Positions 45,898-58,720 of a stretch of 64,000 nucleotides of DNA are shown piece by piece; position 1 is the stretch's first letter, and each line of letters starts with the position of its first letter. The position numbers and the translations under genes are program-made. Origin of the DNA: Monocercomonoides exilis PA203. Its lineage: Eukaryota; Protista; Preaxostyla. Location: NCBI GenBank assembly GCA_001643675.2, contig LSRY02000054.1, forward strand, positions 1 to 64,000, given 5' to 3'. Under the pieces are notes generated by a model. It was given only the letters and a program-made list of their open reading frames with translations, did no database searches and was not told the origin of the DNA.

Positions 45898-47920
45898 ATG
45901 AGAGAAAGCTCTTCCAAGGGTGCTGTAGATGAATGTTTAGGTGTGGATGTGCTTCATTTGCAATATTTTATGTTTTGGAATTGTTTTCTTCAGGCAGCCT
46001 TCCCGATGATATTTTGAAGATGTTTGAGTGTTTATTTATGAAATCTGTTGATGAAACAAGATTTGCCCTTTTTGCGTATGATTGTTGCAAATAGGATCTT
46101 TGGGAAATGCAACTTTTCAACGATTCTTTCGTTGTCTCAGGTGAATCGCCGATTCAATCTCCTCTCAAAAACGGAAGAGTTTGAATATTTTGTTTTTTCA
46201 TTTTTTCAAAGAAAGAATCAACATTTGATGCTTTGTATTGCCTTTTCCCACTGGTTGTACAGATGTGCGAAAATCAAGTGTCAAGCGATAATTCCCTTCA
46301 TGCACAAGATTTGCCTTCTGCCAGATTGTGCGTTTCAATATATTTATTTTTTTAACCCTCGTTCGGAAGAAGACTGGAAAGAGAGCTACAAATACGGGGT
46401 GAGCGCAAAGGGATGGAAGGAGACATTGCAGTTTGTGTTCTGAAGCATTTGAGCATTTTTTATTCTTTGACTGGTTGTTTGTCTTTAATTTATGTGTTTT
46501 GTGTGAACATTCTCTGTTGCATTTAGAATGTACAAAGAGCTGGTACACATACGCGATTTTCCGCGAATCTCTGAGGAGAATAGGAAAAGATTGATGAAAA
46601 AGGCGCAAAAAATTACAATTTTCTCAATTTTGCGATTACTGTTAGAAATTTTGATCGTACTTGGATTACTCAGTTTCTTGAGGAACAGTGAAATTGCTTT
46701 TCGAGCGAGAGCGAACGGGGAAGCTGCAAAAAAGTCATTCGCAGACACTTTGACATTTTCAACACTTCTGATTGGATCGTATTGTTTTGTAGATTATTTC
46801 ATTTCGTGTGCGAAAAAGTGCGAATATTCAAACAAATGGTGGTATATTGCCAACGGAATTATTCTTTTGACTGTGATGTATTTCGACTATTTTTGGAAGC
46901 ACATTCCGAAATTTCTGTTCATATGGCCATATTTTGGACTTGCTGCTTTGATATTTGCAGCAATATTGGTGAGTGAATATGAGCAGGCAGCTTCATTTTC
47001 AAAATACCTGTATTTGCTGTTGGATGTCATTTCAGCTGGTTTCATGCTGATGTTTTTTGTGATTGCTTCGCTGAAAGCAGACGGTTTGATCTGGTTGATG
47101 AATTTGAAATTTTTGAAAATTAATCTTTTCTTTTTCTTTCTTTGTTGTCAAATTCATTTCATGATGTTAAACAGCGCACATTTATCGAGTTTTAGTGAGC
47201 CTGACATCGTTCAAGTGGAGAACTATATTTTCTTTATCAATTTGGAGCGCATTGATTCTCTTTGCCCGTTTCTTTGCAATGGGATGTACTGGAAGAAGGT
47301 TTAATGAAAAACTGAATTCTTTTGACGAAGGACTTATATTAATTGGAGTGGCAGTCTTCTGCGTAGTTGTGCTTCCGTTTCTGATTCTTGTCCCGCTGAA
47401 GTTGGATGGCTCAATCAAGCTGCATTTTGGCTTTTGCATTGCTTCTTTGATTGTTCCTTTTGCTGCTGTTGAGATTTGTTTGACTTTTTATGGAAATAAG
47501 CGCGGGCATTTGGAGTTGAGATATGCGTGGATGCACGAAGAGGGTGTTAGCAAGCATTGTTTTGCGGTTCAGAAGTTTGAGTGGCTGAGGATGAAACTTG
47601 GATTGAGCGAGCTTTCAAAGGGGGAGGCGGTTGTTGGATTTGGCGAGTTCCACAAAAGGCTTGATTGGATACCAGAGGAAGACATTGGGAGCGCAAAGAG
47701 AGACACATCACGATTTCGGCTGAGCAAGTCAGACACCGAAGAAGCATTGAAAATGCGAAGGGATTATTATGCAAGGTTCGAAGGCTCGGATTGCAAATGG
47801 TGGGAAAGCTTTGTTGGCAAAGCTGGATGCTTTGCATTCAATCTCTTCAAAATCGTGGAATCTGCGCTTTTCAGGTGTTCGCTTGCTTTGTTTGTTGTTG
47901 CAGTTTATTTGATTCTGTGA
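45898..47920 (+). CDS. F-box protein with multi-pass TMEM185/FAM11-like membrane region; multi-exon
   Basis: Removing introns 45941-45993 and 46022-46094 gives SLPDDILKMIFGKCNFSTILSLSQVNRRFNLLS (F-box pattern). Downstream hydrophobic helices carry IASLKADG and LVPLKLDG. Later exon boundaries are only partly resolved. Confidence 0.65.
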
Positions 47921-48559
47921 AATTTCCTTGTTCAGATATTAAGAGTTTTTTCTTTCCTTTTGTTATTTCATTGAGACAAAGAGTTTTTCTTTTCATTTAA
48001 AGCAAATTTTGTTTTCAGTTTTCAATCATCAATTTTTATTTTCTTTTTCAGTTCAACTTTGCTTGTTTTGAGATTGCATTTTTTTCTTTTTTGAACACTG
48101 TATCTCCGAAAATCGCAAAATAATCTTTCGAAAGAAGGTCAAGTTTGAGAATAATTTAATTATTTTATTTTTTTTGATTTTTTCATTCATTCCAATCAAA
48201 AATGCCAGTTCAAAAATATCCGTTTGAGATACAAAGTTTCAATTATTTATGATAGAGTTTTGCGACAAGTATTTATCAATGTTGCAAGAGATGTCCAGAG
48301 CATCAAACAAACGATTGATATTTCAACTGAATGAAAAATGTGTATTTTGAAAAGCACATAATGAAATCGATAAAACTGACAATAAAATTGCTCATCTTTG
48401 GATAAAATCATTATTCATATTCATTGAAGCTTTCTTTTCATGAAATATCGCTCGCTTTTCTTTTTCTTCTTATTTCTGTGCAACTTCTGAATACGTTCTG
48501 CTTCATCCTTTCTTTCTGCACAATAACAGCGAACTTTCATAGATGACCCATATTTAATC

Positions 48560-49775
48560 ATTGAATGAAGATATGATGTTTGTTTCTTCAATAATGCTGC
48601 CAGAAGTCGTAGTGGGGAATCCAAAAAAGATTCTTGTGGTCGAGGCAGCTCGGCAGTTGTATCTTCGCTCAGCGTCTTTAGTAATCTTTGTCTGCTTCTC
48701 CATTCCTGAGGTTGAGAAGCGAAGAGAAGAAGGCAACAGTGGATGAGTAGTTATCACTTTCTTCATCATCAGCTCCTACGATTGACCCTTCGGATGCATC
48801 GGAGGTGACGGCTTCATACACGTCTGAAGCAACTATGCACAACAACGAGAGGCGGCTGGGGAGTATGTTAATCAAAAGAAGTCGTTTCTGAGGGAGCAAC
48901 AGACGCTGCGGGGATATGTTGTGTCGCGGTGAGCGGTGCAGCATGGAGGTGTTGTGTGTGCATACGATGTGGCGCTTTCGGCGATGCTTTCGGTTCCGCT
49001 GGTGGCACCGCTTTCGTCGCTTGCAGCGTCGGTGGGCACGAAGTCGGGGAGCAAGCGGATCTTTGTAGCGCCAGACGTGAATGCTTTCCCGTCGATCTAC
49101 GATCTGTTTGACCCGTCGCTGCTGCCGTCGGCGATAGCGCGGCTGGTGTCGCGATCGTCGCAGTCGAGGCATGTGGTGGTGAAGTTGAAAGATGAAGTAA
49201 TTTGGCGAGGGATTGCAGTGTGTGAAGTGGGAGAGATTGTGGAGAAAGGGTTGGATGCTGCGGGGCTGAGGATGGAGGATGTGGTTCTGTCGCCAGCAGC
49301 GATTGAGCTGGCGGTGCTGAAGGAGCGAGAAGAGGCAGAGGAAGGAAAAAGGGGAGGCAAAGAGGGAGAAGAAAAGGGAGAAGAAAGGGGAAAAGAAAAG
49401 GGAGAAGAAGACGAAGGGAGAGATGGAGGTGATGGGAATGAGGAGAAAGGCGGGTATCCGACAGTGCACAGAGAGTACGTGGGGAAAATCAAAGAGAACC
49501 AGGGGAAGCTGGAAGAAGCAATGGCGCAGCTGGTTGTGGAGGCGCTTGGGCTGAGTCAGCTGAGGTCTGTGAAGGTGAAGACACATAAAGAGGCAGACAA
49601 GCGGTATTCAGTGGAATCCAAAATGTGCAGTTCTTCTCCATCTGATGGCATTCAGCAGGAGAGCAGGAAAGCAGAAAAAGAGACAGTAGACGGTTCTTTG
49701 GGCATAACTTCAGATGGAAGCGCAGAGGGTGTGGGAAAAGATAAGGAACATCTTAAAAGGTTTGGCAATGAATGA
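48560..49775 (+). pseudogene. Decayed member of an unknown gene family (paralog at 60500-62800)
   Basis: Shares MEDVVLSPAAI, (F/L)DP(S/P)L(L/A)P and SSSAP..DPSD with the 60.5-62 kb region; several stops and frameshifts. Confidence 0.6.
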
Positions 49776-50299
49776 GGTATAAGGCGGCCCATCGTTGAAG
49801 CTGATGGAGATAGATGATTTTTAATCGCAGAAGAAGAAGTTTGATTTGAATGCACGTCTTCACATCTTTTCTGTTTTCTTTTCACATTATTTATATTATT
49901 GCCACGTTCTATATCGAATTATTCCTTTTCCTTCATCCGCACATTTTCCTCATCAGAGACAACATTCCTGTATTTCTCTGTATTTCTCCGAAATGTCTTC
50001 CTCTTCCCCTTCCCCTTCCTCTTCCCCTTCCTCTTCCTCTCCTTTTTCTTTCGTTGTCATTCGTCTCCTTCCTTCACAGTTCCGCCATTGCAACTAATGT
50101 CTCCCTTGTCCTCCATCTGATCGAAGCATTCTTTTGCTTTTCTTGCATCTCCGCTGCTGTCTCCCACCAACAAACAATTGAATTCCCCGTCTCATTGCAT
50201 TAGCTACCACGCGCTGTGGAAGCTCCCTCACATTAAAAAAATGCCACTGCTTCAATAATCACTGCAACACGCCAAGAAAATGAATGAATGCGTGATGCT

Positions 50300-51650
50300 T
50301 CATTCTTCTTGTTGGCACACCAGCAGCACAGTGATCTCAATCAGCGCTAGAAAATATGATCGATTGAAAGCAACATCGATGAAATTCTCCATTTTTAAAA
50401 AACCATTTCTGATAGAAGCAACAACGCAAGATAGACACAGGCCAACATCATAACAATCAGAAATAAATATTTAAAACAGTCTTCAGAGAAATTGTCCTCT
50501 CTCGATGTTCGTCTGAGAAAACATGGCCGTCTTGTCTAACTTTTGCAAATACTTCAGCACACTCAAAACGAAGCAACAAAGACCCCACAAATCAACTCTG
50601 CATCGATGCCACGCAAATGGAACATTACAATAAAATCTCTGGATGGCTGAGCTTGAAGAGGCTGATCAAAAATATTCTGTATTTTTCTGTTGTTGCCTGT
50701 GGCGTCGAAGAAAGCAAACTTCGAATGATAATCGCCTTGCTTGCTCAAAATGGCTGTCCCTTCGAAAAATGAAATCCAAAAGCGATTGGCCTGAATGTTG
50801 TTCGACCGCCAACAAATATTTGATAATTGGATGTCTCGTAGTTGGCGTTTCTCCACTTTTTTGGAGCATAAGCGGAATCAGAAATAGAATTTCATCGCTT
50901 TCCATATCTGCCCAGCGCAGTCCGAGAAACAGGAAAACCTTACTAATAAAACCGATATTTTGGGGTTCTCCTTTTTTCGTTGAATTATTGCCTTTTTTTG
51001 TGACTAATATCCTTCCCTTGATATTGCCAGTTGTTTTCCTTGTCCAAAAAATACCACAAACTGCTCCACTGCATTAAATTCCAAATTCTATATAATTTTG
51101 TGCAGATTTTGTCCTTCACAGAATTCCATCCATAAATCTTCATTCAATAAAACTTAAGTTAAATTTGTTTTCACCTCTTGCACCAAATAAAAATTATGAA
51201 AATAATAGCCCTGCATAACTTCATTTATTTCCCAATTGCTATACAACAATCTGCTCCATTCTCATCGTGTTGCTCTCCAAAACGGAGATTGGTCATTTCA
51301 ACAATAATTCGGATTCCTGCACTTTGGAGAGGATACAGACGGAATATCTTCACAATCAATTGGACAATAAAATTTACATACACTATGTCTTTTTGTGTAA
51401 TTGATGAAATTGTTGTATTCCCGTTGGCCGTTCAATCTCCTAAAATAATCAGGCAGAATTCCAAAAATATTGCATCTCCACCATTGTCTGTTGTCATCAC
51501 AGGAAATAATATTCATAGTTCTACAGGTAATGTTCACTCTGGAATTCTCATTCAGCCAATTGTTATTCCTGTTCAAACAAAACAAATCGATCAACACATC
51601 CATAACATCAAACAAAAGAAGATTAAATTTATTTTTTCTTCATAAAACAT
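50300..51650 (-). pseudogene. Possible decayed secreted or membrane protein gene
   Basis: Coding-like pieces on the minus strand in shifting frames with hydrophobic ends; no recognised motif. Confidence 0.25.
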
Positions 51651-51795
51651 TGCCAAATATATTTGTGTATAGAAATATTGTATGAACTCATAGTTTTTAT
51701 GGTATTTTTGAGTTTTTATTTTTCACTAATTCTTCAATCCAACATTATTCGAATTCAATTTGAATGACGAATATTCGTTGTTTTCTGTTTGCAAT

Positions 51796-53246
51796 ATGTT
51801 TCAGAAAATGCAGGAGATGGAGAACTCAATAAAGTTCAATGGTGTCCAATTGTTTATGGAATTTAATTCTTTATGATCCGTTACTTTTCTCATTTTTATT
51901 GTTGAAGAATTGTTTTCTGAACTGGCGCGTAGCACAGAAATTGAACAGAAAAGAATAAACTAAGAGATGAATCTACTAATGGAAGAGATGGATGAAAAAG
52001 AATTTGATTCTGTGGTCACAACAGATCTGTTCAACAGAATGAAACAAATGATTGAAGAAAAGTTATTTCCTTCTGAAAATATGATTATGCTCTTAAAGTG
52101 CATTGGATACAACAAAATGCTGAAATGTCATCGGAATAGAAACTTGTCGCATTCTGAGCTTTGCAATTTTTTTGAGAAAAAGATAAATGAAGAAGAAAAG
52201 AAGGAAAAAGAAGAAAAGAATGAAAAGCTGCTTATGGATCTTTCTGAATGCTTTATTACTTTGGGCTACGCCTTCCCATATGAATTACTTTCAATCTGTG
52301 TCTCTTATCTTCTGAAAGTTGCAATGAAGAAAAAAGAAAGCAAGGAGACACAAAAAGAAGTGGAAATGGCTTTTGTTGCATTGTGCAGTGTTGAATATTA
52401 TGTGTGAAATTTTTCATTTATTTTGTAATATTTTTGAATTTCTATTTCATTTTTTGTAAGGAAGTTGAAAAAGAGATGTATTTGAATGAAATCGAAGATA
52501 TTTTCCAATATCATCAGGAGCATCATAACCTGACACGTCTTGCGTATCAGTGTGCTTGGCAGTTTTTGATGAACAAATTGTTGGCTGACTCAAGTTTGAA
52601 AGGCGCGATTGTGTATGAGTTGCATTTCGCGAGAGAAGCGGCAAGAGAATTGGAAGAGCTGAAGGGAAAAGTGGATTGGAAGAGAAAAGAAGAAGAGAGA
52701 AATGGAGGAAAAGGAGAGAAAGAAGAGCTTGTTTTATTGAGATGGCTCCAAACAGTGTATTCATTCTGCGGATTACAAGAAGTGATGAATGAAGAATACA
52801 TAGTGCTTATTGACAGTGTTGTTCAGTTATTTCGAGCAGCAAAGGATAATCACAAAGAAATTAGCAACATGTGCATTTGTATATTCACCATTGCAGTGGG
52901 TGATAATGCAATTGGAATTGACGCTTTGTTGGAGAATGAAGTTATTGATGTGATTTGTGGGAACATTTGGCAATCAACATTTGAAGAGAAAGTCCCAAAA
53001 GAATGCTTGAGCATGTTAAGTGCAATTTCACATCGATTGAAAGGAAAGGAGGATGATGAAACAGAAGAAGCGAAAAGGAAAATGATGAAAAGGAAAATGA
53101 TTAAAAAGATGGAAGAAGAAGGATTCGAAGACTCCATCTCAAGCTTTCATGGATTCATTTCTCTTTTTAACAAAGAAAATCGTAATGGTTTTTATTTTAA
53201 TATTGAAGATTGTTTAACTTATAATAAAGGAAACGAAGCTCCATGA
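51796..53246 (+). pseudogene. Helical multicopy-family gene, 3 exons, with one in-frame TAA
   Basis: Introns 51842-51907 and 52402-52460 sit at the same positions and phases as in 35004-36428. TAA 51961-51963 aligns with a Glu codon of the paralog. Confidence 0.75.
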
Positions 53247-55359
53247 ATTTTGTGACTCTATTGTAATATTTTTATTTACTTTCTTCTTATAATTATTTTG
53301 ACAAATATTTGAGGCTTTCTTTTATAATTTTTTCAATCATTAAATTCACTTCTTCATTTCTTCAAAATTAAACATTGAAGCAAAAGAATAAAAATAAAAA
53401 TAAATATAATTCTATCTTGTTTATCAGAGCTGAACAAAATGAAGAAAAAACAAAAAAAAAAAGAAATTTCAAAGGAAGTTTAAAAAGAAAGAAAGAAACA
53501 ATTCACAAAATATTAATCACAGCCAATTTGTGGAATTGAAAAGCATATGAATGAACAAAAAAAAAAAAAAAAAGGATTTAGAATAATAACCAAAACTTTG
53601 AATCTCAACTTTTTTTCATTTGGGATAACTCTATTTCAAACTCAAAGTTTGAATTTATTACAAATTCTTTGGATGTTTTGTTATGAAAAAGCAAAAATTA
53701 ATGATTCGCAATGGAGCGAATCAACAAAAGCAAGGAGCAGGTTTGCTCCTCAATAATGAGTATTGATTACGATTAATGGGTGGTTTAAGATCTAACTTCG
53801 CCAATACTCAAATTCAAAGTAGATCCAAATTGTCCGCAATAAAAATGAAGCAACAGCCTATTACAAAAATACAGAGACGGCGATGGAAAAGATTTAGATC
53901 GAATTCTGAAACTGGTAAGAGAGGAAAATATTATTGTAGAACTTTCCAGGATCTGAGCATGTTAGACATCATTCAGAATATGAGATAGTGCACAACTAAT
54001 AAAGACGAATAGAGAGCCGCGCATAGTGAAAAGACAATACAAGAATAGAAGCCACAAAACAGAAAACTGAAATTATGATATTTGTGAGATATTTATGCAA
54101 AATGAAGATATGTATTTCAATAGATTTTCAAAGAAAATGAAACTACAAAATATTTTGTTCATTTATTAGGAAAATGACCCGTACATGCCACGAGATATAG
54201 GAAAATTTAGAAATCGCAAGATATTTCAAGAATTAAAGAAGATATATGCATATATTGAAGAGAGATTATTATAGAGAAAAAATTTTCTTTTTTTTTTAAA
54301 GATATAATTAATTGTTATGAAGAGAGAATTTATTTATGCAGACTAAAGTGGAAAAAGAGCCGTAGATTGCAGCGAGATAGGGATAAATATAGATTCTACT
54401 ATATTCTGAAAGAAGGTTATAAGGGAAAGGAATAGGGCAGTTCAGCTAAATATGGATAAATGCAGCAACAAAACATACACATATATATTTCACAAGGATA
54501 TTTGTGAAGATCTATTCACATATTGCAGCGATATTTTTATGCAAGGATAATTTTATTACAGTTGAAAAATAATTAATTGAAATGAAGCTGTGTATACTCG
54601 AGAGATAGTTGCAAAGAATCAAACCGCGTTTGACCTCGAGATCAAGAGAAGAGAGAAAGAATTTAAATCCGCGCTTTGCAGCGAGACCAAGAGAGGAGAG
54701 AGAGTAGAGAGAGAAGAGAGAGAAAATGGAAAAGCGATTTAAGTTGAGATAATCATGAAAAGAAAACTCAGTAAATCGATAGACTTTTGCAAAGGAAATA
54801 TAGACAAGCTGTGTTGCGACACAATATCAAACTTAAAAAGTGAAATATCATTAATTTATTATTGGAAAGGACACGATTCATTACAAGAGAAATTATCACA
54901 AATGTGAAACCGCGAAATTTAACGGGACTGAGAGATATAAGAGAGCCGTGTATTGTCGCGAGATTATTATTGAGTGACAAATTGCTTTTGATCGAAAGGG
55001 TTTGAGGGAAGAGAAAGCTGAGTTTGCTGCGAGATAAAAATTGAGAAAGAAATTGAGAGAAATTGTGAATTGATAAAACGATAAGAAACAGTGCATTTTC
55101 GTGAGAAAGGTGCAGATATTGCAACCGCGAAATTTCACAAGAAAATTGAAGAGGTGAAATCCGCGAAAAAAAGAGAGGAGAAGATGGAGCATGAGACTGC
55201 GGAATACAGTAAGAGGCTGATACAGAAAGAAGCCGCAGAGTGCGGCGTAATGAAAATAGAAGAAGACTCCGCATATCTGCTTGGATTGATGCAATGGAGC
55301 AAGATTTCTTTCGAGGAGAAATTCGGAGGAGAAACAAAAACTGGAGTCAACAAGGATTG

Positions 55360-58300
55360 AAGAGTTTCTGGGATGGATTTACAATTTAGAGAAGATGGAA
55401 GTGACGCTCCTAGAGAGGAAGAGAGTGCTGCTTCTGGAGGTTATGCGAACCTGGATAGTGAATGAAATGAGGAGGAAGAGTCTAAAGACAAGAGATCTGG
55501 AAGCACTCCTTGGGAGGCTGAACTTCGTGAGACTGCACAACCCACCAGCGAGCTTGTGGATGAAGCGCATGTAATACGTGCTGAGGCAGGCAATAGCCAG
55601 CGAGGGCTGGAAGGGAACGGTTATAGTCAACTCAATGTTGTTGGGAGAATTTACACATTGGAGAAAGACTCTGCAAGAAAACAGACAAAGGAGTCTGAAG
55701 GGAAGGAGTAGTTCAGAAGAACTTACAATGGACGCGTCAGAGCTGGGATGGGGTGCAGTGTTAACAATGCCGAGGGAGAACAAAGAGGAGAAGATATATG
55801 TCCACTGAAGATGGACCACCCCAGGAGAGTGCGTTAGCGATAAACGAGAAGGAGTCCAGAGCAGTGTTGAGGACACTAGAGAGAAAGGGCGCATAACTGC
55901 AACAACAGAAGGAAGATCATATTCGTCTGAAGACAGACAACATGTCCACAAAATTTGCAATACAGAAGAAGAGGGGAGCGCCATCGCTCATTCCAACACT
56001 GAGGGCATTGGAGAAGAAACTGAACAGCTTGGACATTACGAAACAAACGGAACATCTCCCGGGAGAACAGAACACGGAAGCAGATGCACTCAGCCGGATG
56101 GCGAGAAAGTCGTAGAGATATTACAAACAATCGCACCGAGAACACTTGATACAATTTCAGAACCGATTGCACCAGTGCCCTGCTGAAGTACTTGGAGACT
56201 ATCCTCTCTGAGAGGGAGGAGAGAGAGAGAAACGCAAGAAAACGAGATAGTGCTAGTCCACACGTTCCTGAGAAACATTGGACGGGTGCTGAAAGAGAAG
56301 ATGAAGGAGGCCTGGAGGGAACTGACGATTCTGATTCTGCCAGCCTGGCGGGGGCAGACCTGGACTCCGCTGCTGCAGTCAGGGCATTTGATAAAGACCC
56401 TGGGGACCTATCAAGAGTGCATGATAACGGGAGCGAAGATGAGAAGGGAAGGCTGGAAACTACCCCCAGGAGAGGTGATATACATCACACTGGAGAGGAA
56501 AATATCCAAGGAAGGGACCTCTTCTTAACATGGGGATAAGACATTGGAGTGAAGGATATATAAGCAGCAATACTTAGAAATAAAAAGAGCGAAAGAGATA
56601 CGTGGAGAGCGCTGCGAAGATTCAAGCAATTGCTTGATAGAGAAAGTGTGGATGATTCTAACTCCCTCACAACCAAAGATACCGGGTGTATAATGGCACA
56701 ATTTTTTGAAACTCTATCCAATACAAATGTTTCAAGTGGAGAGAAAAAAAAAACTGAAAGAAGAGCAATCGAGTCTATTAACCTTTTCAGAGAAATTGAG
56801 AAAAATGGAGATAAGCCGAGAAGGGGCAAGCAATATAAAACGATGGGGGATTTAACAATTATTTCAAAAGGGGAAGAAACCACATATAACTCAACAGACA
56901 CACAAGCACTCCAGAGTAGAGCCCTCATCCTCACTGAAATTTTGTCACTACAGAGCCAGCTGAGCTGGAGAGATTAACAAGGGAGTGTTCTATATTGAAA
57001 GAAGATACAGTATAAAAAGAAGTGCAGATAAAGATAACATTAAGGAAGACTATAAAAATCGATATTAACAAACATTCAAATGCACTCACAGATGCAGAAG
57101 AAACGCTCCAACGTTGGTTTAATTTTACCAGGAAAACTTTAAAGGATGAACATGTGTGGTTGGTATAAGAGAAGGTCTGCCTGCAAGTATGCAGAGAATA
57201 AAAGAAGAGTTAGAAGCTATTCAAAGAAAGCATGAAATACGCGACACTTTGAACACATACTCGATTAGACATATAGTTATAATACTCATATCATGATGAA
57301 AAGTTAAGGATTGGATAGCAAGCAACATGCACGCAAGAGGGGAGCCAGGATCAAGAGTGGACCAATAAATTTAAGACATTTAACTGGTTCAAGATATGCA
57401 ATGGATCCTGTTGACGATCGACTTCTAAGAACCCCCTCATGGAGATGATGAAAAGTTGGATATAATTAGAGAAGGGAAGGATATGAGAATCGAGAAAACA
57501 AATTCAGAGATGAAAGATTGCACTGAAAAGACATCAGAAGCAGGGTGAGAAGAGGATATGAGGAAGGAGAAATCGGTTAAAGAAACGAGATTTATTGCTT
57601 TGAGAAGAGAGAAAGCAATGTGAAAGAACACAATTACAATACAACTTATTCCGATCACTCTGGTGTCGGAGAGCACCCCTCATAATTCCCAGCAGCGTTT
57701 GCGAGCTGACTGGAAGCAAACACACTGCCTCACAGAGAGAGAAGGGCAAAGACCGGAGGAAGCAGGGTGAGAGATATCAAGGTTGGATGATAAAGAATTC
57801 AAGAGAAACGAATACACGGTCGAGCACGCCTCGGAAACACCACAAGAGAGGGAGAGTGTAGAGCGGGAGTGCTGCACCATCACCTGCACGCTCTCAACTC
57901 ATCCGTCGCACTTGATCGTGCAAGGAAGGCGGTTTTTAATCACGTATACTGAAATTGGAGGGATTTTGAGACTCATTATTGAGGAGCAAACCTGCTCCTT
58001 GCGTTTGTTGATTCGCTCAATTGCGAATTGATAGAACGCAGTGAGACAGGCTTGCTCCGAGATAATACAAATGCGGATGGAGAGACTCAAAGCGGCTGGG
58101 TGCGAAAGAGAGAAACATATTAGGAGCAATATGACGAAAAAGGGCGATATATAGAAGGATTGAGAAAAAGATCAACCGCCCGAAGATATTCATGTGCACG
58201 AAGAACTTTTTTTAGAAAAACAGGAAACGAATGAAAAGTTCAAGCATGATCCCACTCCTTTTTAAGATTATTATTGTTTTTACATAGAAGAATAAAATTC

Positions 58301-58581
58301 CAAATATGCAGTGTGTGATGTTTTGGTGTTGCTGTGCTGGATCAGCAGAAGAGCGGGAGGCAGAGCACATCACATGCAGTTTTCTTTTCCACGCCTCGTG
58401 AAAGCGAGAGTGGTTTTTCTTTCTGCTCCGTTTTGGAACACTCGCCTCACCGGATTCCTGCACAGCCTGCCGAAGAGAGCTCCGAGGGGCAATGTCACCT
58501 GCCCTCTGGTCTTCGTCACCAAGGCGAAAAGGCGAAGTCAATGGTGAAGTGAAGCGGACAATGCATTATTTTATTTCTTAA
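55360..58581 (+). mobile_element. Second, heavily decayed DIRS-type element of a different subfamily; left end unresolved (may reach about 53700)
   Basis: RT/RNase H motifs FLGWIYN, LLGRLNFVR, LTMDASELGWG, LKTDN and EHLPGEQNTEADALSR. MT-like ILPAWRGQTW..LPPG. YR remnants SRALIL and YSIRH (57258-57272). Confidence 0.8.
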
Positions 58582-58582
58582 T
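58286..58582. other. GC-rich multi-hairpin segment at the 3' end of the second DIRS; candidate structured RNA
   Basis: Helices TGTGATGT/ACATCACA, CCAC-CTCG-TGAAAG-CGAG-GTGG, TGCTCC/GGAACA, GAGGGGCA/TGCCCTC and TCACCA/TGGTGA; ends partly complementary. Confidence 0.45.
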
Positions 58583-58720
58583 TTTAATGTTTTTGTCTAT
58601 ATTTTCATCTCGCCCTTTTTTCCACGTCATTTTGGGGAAGGCGAAGTTTTCGCTTAAACCACCCATAAATCGTGAACAATACTCATTATCTCGGAGCAAA
58701 TCTGTCTCACTGCGTTTTTA
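58581..58720. repeat. Dispersed ~140-bp non-coding repeat (copy of 41222-41360)
   Basis: Direct alignment by eye with 41222-41360. Confidence 0.75.

Noticed and set aside
22274-51963. TAA/TAG reassignment to Glu or Gln
   Set aside because: The 825, 830, 742 and 697-aa ORFs contain many Glu and Gln residues with no internal TAA/TAG. Readthrough at 22274 would also need a frameshift to match the paralog.
53690-55350. Left terminus and gag of the second DIRS
   Set aside because: A-rich and decayed; no sequence complementary to the candidate ICR was found, so no boundary is called.
58420-58442. Minus-strand AAACGGAGCAG resembling SRP RNA helix 8
   Set aside because: The matching 5' side (CAGG..GNRA) is absent; the bases form a simple TGTTCC/GGAGCA hairpin.
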